64,000 nt of DNA from Mobula hypostoma (taxonomy: Eukaryota). Numbering within the stretch: the stretch's first letter is position 1; every line of letters starts with the position of its first letter. Shown in pieces: positions 23,678 through 36,383 of this stretch. The notes beneath the pieces were generated by a model, which did no database searches, had not been told where the DNA came from, and saw nothing but the letters and a program-made list of their open reading frames with translations. A program made the position numbers and the translations under genes. The DNA lies in NCBI RefSeq assembly GCF_963921235.1, contig NC_086109.1:34164001-34228000 (forward strand), given 5' to 3'.

Positions 23678-23695
23678 TGGCTACGACGGCTGGCC
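23650..23695 (+). promoter_or_regulatory. -1 ribosomal frameshift signal between gag and pol
   Basis: In-phase G_GGA_AAC (23650-23656), 5-nt spacer, 12-bp stem ggccagctgtcg/cgacggctggcc (one G-U). The -1 frame runs into the protease region. Confidence 0.75.
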
Positions 23696-26455
23696 ACTGA
23701 GATGGCCTCCTGTACCTCTGGGACTGACACTCTGGGCGGCACTTCCTGGTCGACTCCGGGGCTGAAGTCAGCGAACTTCCCCCTCAAACATGGACACTCG
23801 TAACGTGGTCCCAGACCCTGAACTCACCGCTGCAAATGGCACCAGTATTCGGACGTATGGCCCGTGAACTATCTCACTGCATTTCGGGTCCAGCTGATTC
23901 ACTTGGACTTTCACGGCGCCGCCACTGCACGCCCGAGCTCGCAGGCTCCCACCCGACAAGCTCCACTTCGCCAAGGAGGAGTTCCGTAAGGTGGAAGAGA
24001 TGGGAATCCTACGCCGCTCAGACAGCCCGTGGGCATCCCCGCTGCACATGGTGCCCAAGTCCACAGGAGGATGGAGGCCCTGCGGAGACTACAGAAGGCT
24101 CAACAATGCCACATCCACCAACAGCTACCCAGTACCCCACATCCAGGATTTCACGGCGAACCTGAACGGAGCGACCATCTTCTTGAAAATCGACCTGGTC
24201 AGGAGATACCACCAGATCCCAGTGCACCCCAACGATGTGCCCAAGACAGCCCTCAGCACCCCGTTCAGCTTGTTCGAATCCCGGATGCCTTTTGGTCTCA
24301 AGAATGCAGCCCAAACTTTCCAAAGGATCATGAACTCGGTGGGACGCGGCCTGGATTTCGTTTTCATTTACTTGGACGATATCCTGGTGGCCAGCAGTTC
24401 ACACCAAGAGCACGTGGCACATTTGCACCAGCGCTGCCAACGTTGAGCGACCACGGACTGGCAATCAATCCGCCGAAGTGCCAGTTCGGGCTGACGGAGA
24501 TCAACTTCTTGGGCCACAGAGTCAACCGACATGGCGCAGTTCCCCTACCGGACAAGGTCCAGGCCATCCGCCAGTTCCCCAAGCCCAGCACGGTCAAGGG
24601 CCTGCAGGAGTTCGTAGGGATGGTCAACTCTTATCATCGGTTCGTGCTGGTGGAGGCACGCATCCTGAGACCCTTGTTCAGCCTGATGGCCGGCAAGGCC
24701 AAAGAAGTGGCACGGGACGCGGAGTCCACGGAGGCGTTCGAGCAGGCCGAGGAGGCGCTGGCAAAGGCCACCCTCCTAGTGCACCCGAGAGTCAATGTAC
24801 CCACGGCACTCACAGTCGACGCTTCCGACACGGCAGTCGGCGGAGTCCTGGAGCAGCTCGTCGGGGACCAGTGGCGACCACTCGCTTTCTTCAGCTGGCA
24901 CCTATGGCCACCAGAGGTGAAATACAGCGCTTTCCACAGAGAGTTGTAGCGCTGTACCTGGCTGACCGGCATTTCCAGTACTTCCTCAAGGGAAGGGAAT
25001 TCACCGTGTATACGGACCACAAGCCCCTCACCTTTGCACTGGCCAAGGTATCGGACCCATGGTCGGCTCGGCAGCAGAGGCAGCTGTCCTTTATTTCAGA
25101 ATTCACAACGGACGTCCGCCACATCGCAGGGAAGAACAACGTCGTCGCTGACACACTGTCTCACCCCTGCCTCCACTCAGTAGGCATATCGTGCTCAGGA
25201 ATAGACTATACAGTACTGGCAGAAGCACAACGGTCGGACACCGAGATCCCGGCTTACCGCACCGCTGTTTCGGGGCTCCAGTTGGAGGGCGTCTCCATTG
25301 GCCCCGCAGCGAATCGACTCCTGTGCGACGTGTCTACCGGCAAACCCCGACCCGTGGTACCAGCAGCATGGAGGCACCGGGTGTTCGACACGCTGCACGA
25401 CCTGGCCCACCCGTCCATCCGGGTGTCCATCAAGCTGGTAGTGGACAGATTCGTCTGGCACGGTTTGCACAAACAGGTCGGACACTGGGCCAGGACCTGC
25501 GTACACTGCCAGACCGCCAACGTCCAGCGGCACGTGAAGGCTCCCCTCCAGCAGTTCCAGCCGACGCACAGGAGGTTCCAACACATCTACGTGGACACCG
25601 TCGGCCCCCGCCAGTCTCCCGGGGCACCAGGTATATCTTTACCATGGTAGGCAGGTTCAACAGGTGGCCGGAAGCCGTACCTCTCGCAGACACGTCCACT
25701 GAGTCCTGCGCCAGGACGCTCATTGCAAACTGGATCGCCAGGTTCGGCCTCCCAACGGACATCACCTCCGACAGAGGGGCGCAGTTCACGTCGGGTTTGT
25801 GGACAGCACTGGCGCAGCTCCTGGGCACCCAGCTGCGTCACACCACAGCGTACCATCCCTGGTCCAACGGCTTGGTAGAGCAATTCCACCGGCATCTCAA
25901 GTCGGCCCTGATGGCGCCAACTGGACAGATGAGCTTCCCTGGATCCTACTGGGCATCGGCACAGGCCTCAAGGAGGACCTGGACACCTCCTCGGCGGAAA
26001 TGGTCTATGGCGCCCCACTGACAGTCCCAGGGGAGTTCGTATCAGAGGCCCGAGGTTTGTAAGAACCTCCAGCAGTGGTGCTAACGAGGCTGCGGGACAA
26101 TGTAGGGACCCTGGCACCAGTCCCAACCTCCAGGCATGGTCCCACGCCATCCTTCACCTGTAAAGACCTCCGAGACTGTGAGTATGTTTTTATTCGCAGG
26201 GGCATGCACAGGTCACCTCTACAATGGTCGTATGAGGGACCCTTCAAGGTGATCCGGCACAACAGAACCACGTGTGTCGTGGAGGTGGGTGGCTGGGAAG
26301 AGACTTTTACAGTGGGCTGCCTCAAACCGGCGCACTTGGACATTGAGGAACCAGTGAGGGTACCCGCCCCGCGCTGGCGAGGCTGGCCACCCAGGCAAGC
26401 CACACAGACTGGGGGCTCCACTCCCCCGATGGACATTTCGGGGTGGGTGTGGTGG
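23677..26455 (+). pseudogene. Disrupted pol of the CsRn1-like element
   Basis: FLVDSGAEVS (PR), WRPCGDYRRLN..YLDD (RT), TVDASD..YTDHKPL (RH), HDLAHP..CVHC and SDRGAQF (IN); several stops and frameshifts. Confidence 0.9.
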
Positions 26456-27599
26456 TGTGGCAGCCCGCACACGCGGGACTCAAACCGCCATCGGGAGCCA
26501 CGGGTAGACGCGCGGTAGCGCATTTGGAACTACCAGCTCAGGGTGGACCTTCCGGGGACTGTCTGACGTCACGTCCGCCCCGCGGGTCGCAGGGGCCCAT
26601 GGGAGGGGAGATTTAAGCGCGCGATTTTGAATTAGTAAAGGCATTCTGAGTTCAGCTCTCTCCGCCTCTGTGTGTTTCTTTAGTAGCGCGTTTGCGCGCG
26701 ACTACAAGCTCTTAATTTCTTCAAATAGAACTTCACTTCTGTTATATGTCTGAAGCTTTTGAGCAAAAAGCGTTTCAACACTAGCCTGATCATCATTCAG
26801 AAACCTAACATATCATCAGAAGTGCTCACTGTATAATCAGTGATGGAGGGAAGCTCAGCGAGCTCTCCTGTACGATGTGAATGGTTTGTGCATGGTTAAG
26901 TGGGAGCAGCGGTAAGGACTGCAGTGCCACCCTCTCTCCACCCCTTCCCTCCCAACACACACATACACAAAGCTGCTTTGCTGCCTTGTTTGTGCCATCT
27001 AGCATATTTTCCCATTCACTTCATTCAGGGTTCCATTAAATTACATATACAGGTGTTAACTTACTTTTATTTATATATTTTTTCATTAAAACAATAAATT
27101 ATTATGGCTTATTCAGAAACTCCTGTGTTTCCTACAAAATTCGGCCTGGTCTCCTGTGCAAGTAGGGAACAGCGACAATGCATGGGCTGGGCCCAGAAGT
27201 GACATGATTTCTTCAATCCCATTTTCTCATGGTATGTCAAATACAGAACCGTCACATTGCTTTTCAACAACTGTAATGTGCTGCAAGCAAAGTCTAAGAA
27301 TGGTGGGTTAGCAAGAGATGAGGTGCTTATGTGGCTATTGTAATCAATTATGAGGCACTGAAGATCAAATGCTTATAATAAGTAATTGATTTGTTAAATT
27401 AGGTCTGTAATCCCCCCGCTGTCCCCCCTTGCTACTGAGCCACCCCCACACTGCCCCCTTTATCTTTATTACTCTTTCAGAAACTCCCACTGCTTCCAGG
27501 GGAACCACTGCTCTAGAGAGTTATAGACACTCTGCAGCTGGTGATTCCCCAAACCAGAGTCTCTACACTTGGTGCCAGACTGTTACCTACCAGTGCCTA

Positions 27600-28170
27600 G
27601 TGTAAGTTTTGTGACATGTATTGCTCTTACCTTGTCTGCACATTCTTCACATTGCCGGTTCTGAGGTATTCTGTAGGGCGTTTGGCATAATGATACACGA
27701 TGTCCTCCTTAATCAACATTATCAACTCCCTCCTTCATTTCTTCCTCCCTTCCCCCTGTTCCTCTCACTCCATGTTCCCAGCTTTCGGTGAGATACCTGT
27801 GGGGTTTCCAAAAATGTGGGTCTCCTCAATATGGGTAAAATGCTGCTCTTTCAAGAGCCACTCTCCTTTATGTGTGGACTTCCTGTAACTCCATGGTCTG
27901 ATCTTCTGCCCCTGCATGCCACCCCTTATCACACTTTCCCATGCAATTACAGAAGGTGTGATACCTGCATTTTCATCCGTTCTCACCAATCAGAGACTCA
28001 AACAATCTTCTTAGGTGACTCACTCTGATTTATTCCAATCCATTGTATTGCATTCTCTGTTCATAATTTAACCTCTTGTACATCAGAGAAACCAAATACA
28101 GTTTGGGTTATTGCTTTATGCTGCATCTACACTCAGTCCACACCAGTGACCTTGAGCTTTTGAATGTAAT
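27600..28170 (+). mobile_element. Highly degraded Penelope-like fragment
   Basis: Residual GIY-YIG-like sequence (tacatcagagaaaccaaa..) resembling the better-preserved copies in the window. Confidence 0.45.
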
Positions 28171-28841
28171 TAATGTTTAGCGTGATTAATGGGGTGTCAA
28201 TCAAGTGGGCTGCTTTGTCCTAGATGCTGAAGAACCTCCTGAAAGTTACTGGAGTGAGACTCAACACACAAAATGCTGGAGGAACTCAGCAGGTCAGGCA
28301 GCATCTCTGAAAATGTGGACGTTTTGACCCTTCATCAATCCTGAAAGACCCAAAATATCCATAGATACTGCCTGATTTGATGAGTTTCCCCAGCACTTTG
28401 TGTTTTTTACCTTGGATTTCAAGCATCTGCAAAGATTTTCCCTTGTTTGTGGAGATGGACTCCTCCAGGCAAGTGGAGAGTTTTCCAACTCACTCCTACC
28501 TTATAGATAGGGACAGATCTTGGGGTGCTTTGAAGATTGGAACTCATTATAGGGTACTTAGAAAACTGTATTTTATAGTTATGGCATTTATGTGGGTGGT
28601 TTCAATGCATTTCTAGTCAATGGTGAATATTAATAATGATGGAATCATGTAATTGCTTCTGCCAGTGCTCAGTGATCTGGGGATTCTCAGTCCTGGAGCA
28701 GAACTCCTAGACTCATTTCCTTGTAGGTTCTTCTAATAGATTTCACCCCCTCCCCCCCCACCGCACCACCAACCACCCACCACTACATCTCACCCTCCTA
28801 GCTTCCATCTCATTCACCAGGACTTTGATATCTATTTAAAT

Positions 28842-28906
28842 CAGGGATTCCGAACCCTTTTTTTATGCCATGGGTCAATACCATTAAGGAAGGTTGTGAA
28901 CCCCTG
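28842..28906. mobile_element. Tiny hAT-type MITE
   Basis: caggg.ttcc...gaacccctg termini with approximate 8-bp TSD atttaaat/attttaat; related copy at about 44150-44230. Confidence 0.5.
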
Positions 28907-31900
28907 ATTTTAATGAATCCTGGTGTTCGCCGATGGGACTGCTGTTTTTTAGCACAAGGATACAGTGTAACCCATAGTGGTAGTTAAATAATGACCTTAC
29001 TTTGCAGTCCTGCTAGATTGTTGCAGCAGATTGAATACCATGACATTCCCAATGAGTGCCCAACTAGGACCACCCCCAGGGACAACATGGCCTGACCTCT
29101 GAAAACAGTCTCAAAAGAATAACGCATAGGAAAGCAAGTTCACAGGTCAGGATCGTGACTGATGAAAGAATATGCCCGGTTAATTTTTTTTGAGTGATCG
29201 AAAATACCCTGGTTATTGTTTAAGCTCATGAAAAAATTAGTTTCATTTGGATAATGCCAAAACATCATGCAAATGGATTTTTAGGCAATGATATGTAGAT
29301 TGATTTTCTTAAATCTCAAGGTGGAAACTGATTCAGTTAAAATTTCTCCTTACTGTTTGCTTCTACACTATTCCTCACTGGGATATCTACTCTAAATATT
29401 CAAACAACAAGCTCTGCGCTAGTCCCAAAGTGCTAATCATATTATATCTTAATAAATGACTGCAGTAACTAATTCTTTCGGCCCATAGCAATAATTTGGC
29501 TAGCTAGATGAGAGATTAATAAACATAAGCATCGAAACATGGGACTTTACATAGTGTAGTGGCTAATGTTACATTATTACACCACCAAGTGACCTGGAAT
29601 TTCCAAACCCAATTCTTGTCCAACAATCAGGGATGCCACGATACTGTAGCAGTTAGTGCGACCCTATTACAGTTCAGGGCTTTCTGAGGCCAATCCTGTG
29701 CCATCTGTAAGAAATTTTTGTATGTTCTGGCTGTGACTGTATGGGTTTCCGCAGACTGTTCTAGGTTCCTTCCAAGGTCCAAAGATGTACAGCTTGCTCG
29801 GTTAATTGGTCACATGGGTGCGATTGGGTGGCGTGGGCTCGCTGGGCCTGGAGGGCCTGTGCACCATGCTGTATCTCTAAATATACATAAATAAATAGCT
29901 TGTGTGTGTTGTGTAACTTTGCTGTAGCTGGGTAATAGGTTTCTCTCTTGTAGGAAATATTTAGTTGTTAGAGAAGAATATCTTGTTTGATACAAAGAGG
30001 AGCTGTTTCTGCACACGGGACAATGCAGCTCGGTGTTCTGTTGCGATAGAAAAGACACATTTTGAATGGCACAGCAATTGTTATTAGGGCCAATCCATGG
30101 AAGATTCTGTCGTGCATGAGTCACAAGCATTGTGCACAATAGTCTTTGTACATTCAGCGTAGCCATGGCTATTTCCATTGTTATGCTGGAGTGAATTGGT
30201 GACTGAGTGGTAAGTCATGGGTAGTGGGAGAGGTGGGGTTGATGTTTCAGACCATTAGTAGTGGAAAGAAGTCAGAACCTTGAGGATTGGGTGAGAGACT
30301 GGTGCTGAAACAAACTTGAGGGGAGAGTTGTTATGGTAATTAGTTGGGGGTTTGTGTTCCAAAGAAGCTTTGGTATCATGGTGATGCTGAGGTACATTAC
30401 TAGCAGGTGTCCAAATAAGACCTGCAACAAAGGGTGGTTTCAAACACTGGACTTTCCAGTTATAGTCTTGGTCAAACAGGTACCATCAATTCTGGCCTCC
30501 TATATGTTATGACACCCAATGGCTGCCTAAATTAACCAAGGCTGGATGTGGGATGTGGAATGCAATTTTCTACAAATGGCCTCCAAATATATATCACATG
30601 TTATTGGATCCCATTGCAATATTTTGGTGTTTCCTCTAAGTGTTATTCCGTATACTCAGAGAATGCGGTCGCAATCTTGCAAACTCTATTAGCCACGCCA
30701 TGAATGCATACCTAATTTTGGCAATGACTGCTCTGAGAAATCTTATCAGTTAGCTGAAATACAAGCTGCACTTTTCAAGAGGACAACCAGCATTTTTAAT
30801 GAAATTGAATGAATAGTCCATTAAAGAATGGGGATGAATTCACTTTCTCAGTCTGGCCATTAGGGGGAGACAAAGAATGAAGGATGAATGTTGGTCAGAA
30901 AGAAGGAGATGGTGAATCTCCAAGATTTATTGATCAAGGATTGAAAAGGCCCAAAGTACATTTATTATCAAGTATGTATATCGTATACAACCCTGAGATT
31001 CGTCTTCCCCACACACAGCAACGAAACAAAGAAAACCATGGAGCTGTTCAAAGGAAAACATCAACCCCACCCCCCCCCACGTGCAAGACGACAAATCGCA
31101 CAAATGGCAACAAAAAAATCAAACCCCACCCCCATTTCCATAAAGGTGGCAAAGTTCAGTAGTAATTCATTGATACATTTGTCAGTATAAGCAAGAGTGG
31201 CATTTTGACTATAAAGAAAATAATGAAAGTAACTAAAAACTGGAAAATACTTTGTGTGTGAAAAAACAAATGATCCATAAAAAAAAATCAGCCAGTATAT
31301 AAAGAGTAGATTGTGGACAAACCGTAGATTTAAGGACAATCACAAAAAGTTTTAATCGTGCTACTAACCATTGTTTTACCAAGGAAGGGTTCCACGACAA
31401 CCTTTAGCAGTGCATGTTGTAATCTATGCTCGTAGTTATCATCGTTAGTCAGTCAGGTCACCCATGAGGCGATACTGTGCTATTTAATCTTATTGCTTCC
31501 AACATGGAAATTCACTCATTACCAGGCCAAACTGGATTATGGCATGGAGATTGAGTCCCTTGATTCTTGCCACCTGGCAAAAGAAAATCACAAGAGCCAC
31601 ACCTTCACATGTCACATTTTTTCAATTGATCATTCAATCAGATCTCTTGTTAATCAAACAGTTATGAAATTACCACGTAGAAGCCACATACATTTGGAAA
31701 TAAAGGAAAAGTCAGAAGACAGAACAACCACAGGGAAGATCATGAAAATACCCCATACCATGCAAGCATCCTGTCAATATCCCCATCTTGCACTGAAAAA
31801 AAATGTTATTTATTTATTTATTGAGATACGGCGTGGAATAGGCCCTTTGAGCAAGGCTGCTCAACAATCCCCCAATTTAATTCCAAGATAATCATAGGAG

Positions 31901-32689
31901 AATATACTATAACCAATTCACCTACCAACCAGAATGTCTTTGGACTGTAGGAGGAAACCTGAGCACTTGGAGGAAACCCATGTGGTCACTGAGAGAATGT
32001 ACAAACTCCTTACAGGCAATGACAAGAATCTGAAATAGAACGTGTTATTCTTGTTAGACATGCAGGATCGAAGCTACATACAATACAGCAGAAGCTGCAA
32101 ACTTCCAAAAACTACCCACTGGTGCCTTCCACATCTGTCAAAAGGATGTAACCCATGAGAAAAAGCATGAAAAAGTGGGACATGAAGTACAAGGGGACAA
32201 CACAATTGCACATTACTTCAAGTATACTGCTCTTATCTTTATTGAGATACGTTATAAATAGTCATGCTGTAAAGAATTAATAACTTCTCATGTATGTTAA
32301 GCAAAAAAATGCAGGTGTGGAAATCTGAAATAAAATTAGAAAATGCTGGTAATGCACAGTGGATTGGGCAGAAACTGAGGCATCACAAGGACATTGGCTG
32401 ATAGATCAGGAAAGACCAATGAGTTTTTTATTCAGGGGGCTCCTCCCAGGAAATTCAGCAGCACGTGCCTTTCAGGCATCACTGTCAACTTTACAGGGTT
32501 ATGCAGTGCCATTAGTTATGTTAGCAAATGGACAATCTAGACTCCTAGAAGCCTTGCAGGTTCTCTGGACCTCGTGAGTTGAACACCATTGATTCCATCC
32601 TAATGAACACATGATTAATGTACACTAAATTTTATGAGAATGTATTGAGTTGTCCTATGCTACTTGTACATTGTGGAGTCACAGATTCT

Positions 32690-33112
32690 TATTATGAAAG
32701 AAGGGTGAGGGGTGATTTGCTAACGGTTGTGTAAGATGATTAGAGGCATAGTTAGAGTAGACAGCCAGTGCCTTTTTTCTCCAGCATGGCTAAAATGAGA
32801 GGGTATAATTTTAAGGTGATTGAAATGATGTATGGGGGTGAGTTACAGATGACAGAGGTAGGTTTTTTTACCCAGAGTGTGGTGGGTATGTGGAACATGC
32901 TGCCAGTGGTGGTATTAGAAGCAGATCCATTAGGGACATTTAAAAGACTCTTAGATAGGCATATGGATGAATGAAAAATGGAGGGCTAAGTGGGAGTGTA
33001 GCATTAGATTGATCTCCAAGATTGATCTTGGCCTTGGTTAAAAAGTCAGCATAACATCATAGGCAGAAGGGCCTGTAAGCTCTATGTTCTGTGTTCTATG
33101 TTCTATATTCTA
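32690..33112 (+). mobile_element. Old CR1 3' fragment
   Basis: FFTQSVVGMWNMLP..FKRLLDRHM and a ttctatg tail. Confidence 0.75.
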
Positions 33113-33471
33113 AACTGAGCGGACTCTATGATTTCTTGTATTAAATGAATGCTGGCAACATTGAATCTGTCTAGTCAGCTATTTAATAATTCTCTTGCTA
33201 TTTCTTTTGTATACTTTTTTAAAAATTCTCTGATGGGATGTGGATGTCCCTAGCAAAGCCAATATTCTTTTATTCATTAACTCCCTTTGAACTCACTGAA
33301 GATGTCATGGTCTGGTCTGTGAAGACTGCATTCCGGTTCACGGTCCAGTCCATGGAATCAGGACTCCGGGTCTTCCAGCTGTCCCTTGTTTTGATTGAGT
33401 TAATCATAGGCACCTGATTCCCATCTTGGGGATTGGAATATAAGTAGCCTTGGGGTTGAGTGTGGACTGCT

Positions 33472-36383
33472 TGACAAGGTAGGAAGAACAACACCTGTGG
33501 GAGAGATATGGGGAATGATTAAGAGGATGGGAGGAGATAGAAGGGAATGGGAATATCCAGTAATGATATCTGAGGAGGAAACTGCAGTCTCCAGTAGGGA
33601 TAAGGCTGAGGTCATGGCCAAGTCATTTGTACTGATACACAGTTCAGAAAATTTGTCTGAAGAAGGGAGAAGAAGAAGGGAAAGAATAATGAGCCAACAC
33701 CCAGGTGTGTTGAGCAGGAGGGAAGGAACAGATGATATAATTGATGATCCATTTACATTAGCAGAAATGGTGAGAGCAATAAAGAGATCGAGACCAACCT
33801 CCCCAGGGAAAAATCTGATATGCTCTGTGATGCTAAAAAATCTAGGAGAAGGAGTGCTCTTGAAGTTGCTGCATTTTTATAACAGAGTGTGGGAGGAGGG
33901 AAGATTACCAAGTGCATGGAAAGAAGCAGTAGTAATTCCAATAAGGAAGCCTGGCAAGGATCTGTCAAAACCCACTAGCTACAGACCAATTGCATGAACA
34001 TCAAGTATATGTAAGATAATGGAAAGGATGATAACAGAAAGGTTATCATATGAGCTTGAGAAAAGGGGAATGCTGGCAAGTTATCAGAGTGGTTTTAGAA
34101 AGGGAAGGAATTCCATGGACTCAGTGATTATATTAGAGACCGAAATGAGGAAGGCCCAGGCAAATAGAGAGTCAGTAGTGGCAGTGTTCTTTGACATTGA
34201 AAAAGCCTATGATATGATGTGGAAGGAAGGATTATTAATTAAACTGCACAAGATGGGGGTTGGTGGGAGAGTTTTTAATTGGATTAAAGATTTTTTGTTT
34301 GGTAGAAAAATTCAAGTTCGGATTGGATCAGAATTATCAAAACAGTACATAGTGGAAAATGGCACACCTCAAGGTAGTGTGATTAGCCCGTTACTTTTCA
34401 TCATTATGATCAATGATGTCTTCACAAAGGTACCAGTGGATATAGGTAGGTCACTGTTTGCGGATGATGGGGCCTTGTGGAGAAGAGGCAGGAACATGGA
34501 CTATATAATCAGGAAACTACAAGAAGCAATTGATGAAGTGGTGGAGTGGGGTTATGATTGGGGATGTAGATTTTCAGTAGGTAAAACTCAAACTGTATTT
34601 TTTACCAGGAAAAGGGTTGAGGTAGGGAAGAAGTTAAGGATGTATGGGGTTGAATTAGAAAGGGTTGCATCATTTAAATTTCTGGGAGTTATATTTGATT
34701 CACAATTAACATGGGCAGACCATATCAGGAAAGTTGAGGAGAAATGTAAAAAAGTAATAAATGTGATAAGATGTTTGACTGGTAGGGAATGGGGAGCAAG
34801 TTGTTCAGCTTTGAAGAGAATGTATGTGGTTTTAGTGAAATCTGTGTTGGACTATGGAAATATAATATATGGATCAGCAGCTAGGTCTCTTATAAGGAAA
34901 CTGGATGTGATTCAGGCTCAGGCCTTGAGAGTGTGCAGTGGGGCTTTTAAAACGTCACCAGTGTCAGCCCTACAGGTAGAAATGGGAATAATGCCTTTGG
35001 AACTAAGAAGGATGCAACTGATGGCAAACTACTGGGCTAACTTGCAGGGGTACAATGATTCTCACCCTACTAAAGGAGTGTTGCAGGAGTGCTGGGAAAA
35101 TGGGAGGTTTCAGAGGGATACCTTTAGTCGGGTAGGGAATGATATCGCGAAAGAATGTGGAGTATTTGATCTGAGGATAAGTCCTTCAGTAGTTTATTCG
35201 GTTGTAGCTCCATGGAAGCTTGTATGGCCTGACATAGACTGGCATTTGTTAGAGGTAAAAAGGAAAGAAAGATATAAAACAGATTTGGTAAATGCATTTA
35301 ACTGTCATGTGATGGAAAAGTATATTGATTATACTCACATTTATACGGATGGTGCGAAGGAACCTGAAACAGGAGTGACAGGGTTTGGGGTGGTAATACC
35401 AGCAAAAGAAATTGGAATCAGCAGAAGAACATCTAATAAGTTAGGGGTGTTTACAGTGGAGATGCTGGCAGTGTTGGTTGCGTTGCAATGGGTGCAGAAA
35501 GCCAGACGAGCCAAAGCATTGATATGTTCAGATTCATCCTCAGTTCTAGCAAGTTTAAGGTCTTTTCACACAAACAGTCGGCAAGATGTACTTTATGAAG
35601 TCCTTCAGTTAGTTACAAGAATTGCAAATCAGGGAGGTCAGGTAAAATTTCTATGGGTTCCAGCACATGTAGGGGTGAAGGGGAATGAGAGGGTGGATGA
35701 GTTGGCAAAGAGGGCGTTAAAGAAAGAAAATGTGGAAATGCACATTAGTATCAGTAAAGCAGAGGTTAAGTGTGTAATCTGGGAAAAAGTCAACCGAATG
35801 TGGCAAGAAAGATGGGACAGGGAGGGGAAAGGGAGGCATTTATATCAAATACAAAAGAGTGTTGCAGTTACTAGGGTAGGTAATGGAAACAGAAGAGAGG
35901 AAATTGTGTGGACTAGGTTAAGGCTGGGGCACTGTGCATTAAACAAAACATTGAAAATCATAGGGAAACACCAGACAGGATTGTGTGAGGAATGTCAGGA
36001 AGAGGAGTCAGTAGAACATGTAGTTCTGAGTTGCAGGAAGTATGGGAGACAGAGAGAGATGATGAGAAATAAATTAAGGGAGTTGGGGATGCAGGAATTC
36101 ACATTAAAAGGGTTGCTGGGCATGGGTGAGAGAGCACAAGTCCGGGTATTTTTAGCGTTTTTAAGGGGTACAGGGGTTTTTTATAGAATATGATGAATAA
36201 ACAGGAATAGGATACTAGGATGGTCAAATATGGGAGGGTGAAGTGTAGGTTTGTGTGTGTGTGTGAGATTGGGTGAAGGGATTTAGAATGTATGTCTAGT
36301 GCACATTCTGGAGCAGAGGGTGGCGGTAATGCACCATTAAGCTGGATGCCAACCGCCGTAAAACAAGATACAGACAGACAGAC
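33472..36383 (+). mobile_element. Nimb/I-group LINE with RNase H, 5'-truncated, young
   Basis: 13-bp TSD agtgtgg(a/g)ctgct (33459-33471 / 36384-36396); (CAGA)n tail; long ORF2. Confidence 0.9.
33473..36193 (+). pseudogene. ORF2 (RT - RNase H - CCHC) with a single nonsense codon; endonuclease lost by truncation
   Basis: ORFs 33497-33997 and 34019-36193 share one frame, split by a TGA in YRPIA*TS. Motifs: FFDIEKAYD, PQGSVISP, LFADD, YTDG..E..SDS..WVPAH..GNERVD, CEEC..EHVVLSC. Confidence 0.9.

Larger units (their letters stand above)
22688..26706 (+). mobile_element. CsRn1-clade Gypsy LTR retrotransposon with both LTRs
   Basis: 251-bp TG..CA LTRs (22688-22938, 26456-26706); 4-bp TSD AGCT; tRNA-Trp PBS; gag with CHCC motif; pol order PR-RT-RH-IN. 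Confidence 0.95.

Noticed and set aside
23131..26523. Many overlapping or antisense ORFs as separate genes
   Set aside because: By-products of the GC-rich Gypsy pol; no independent motifs.
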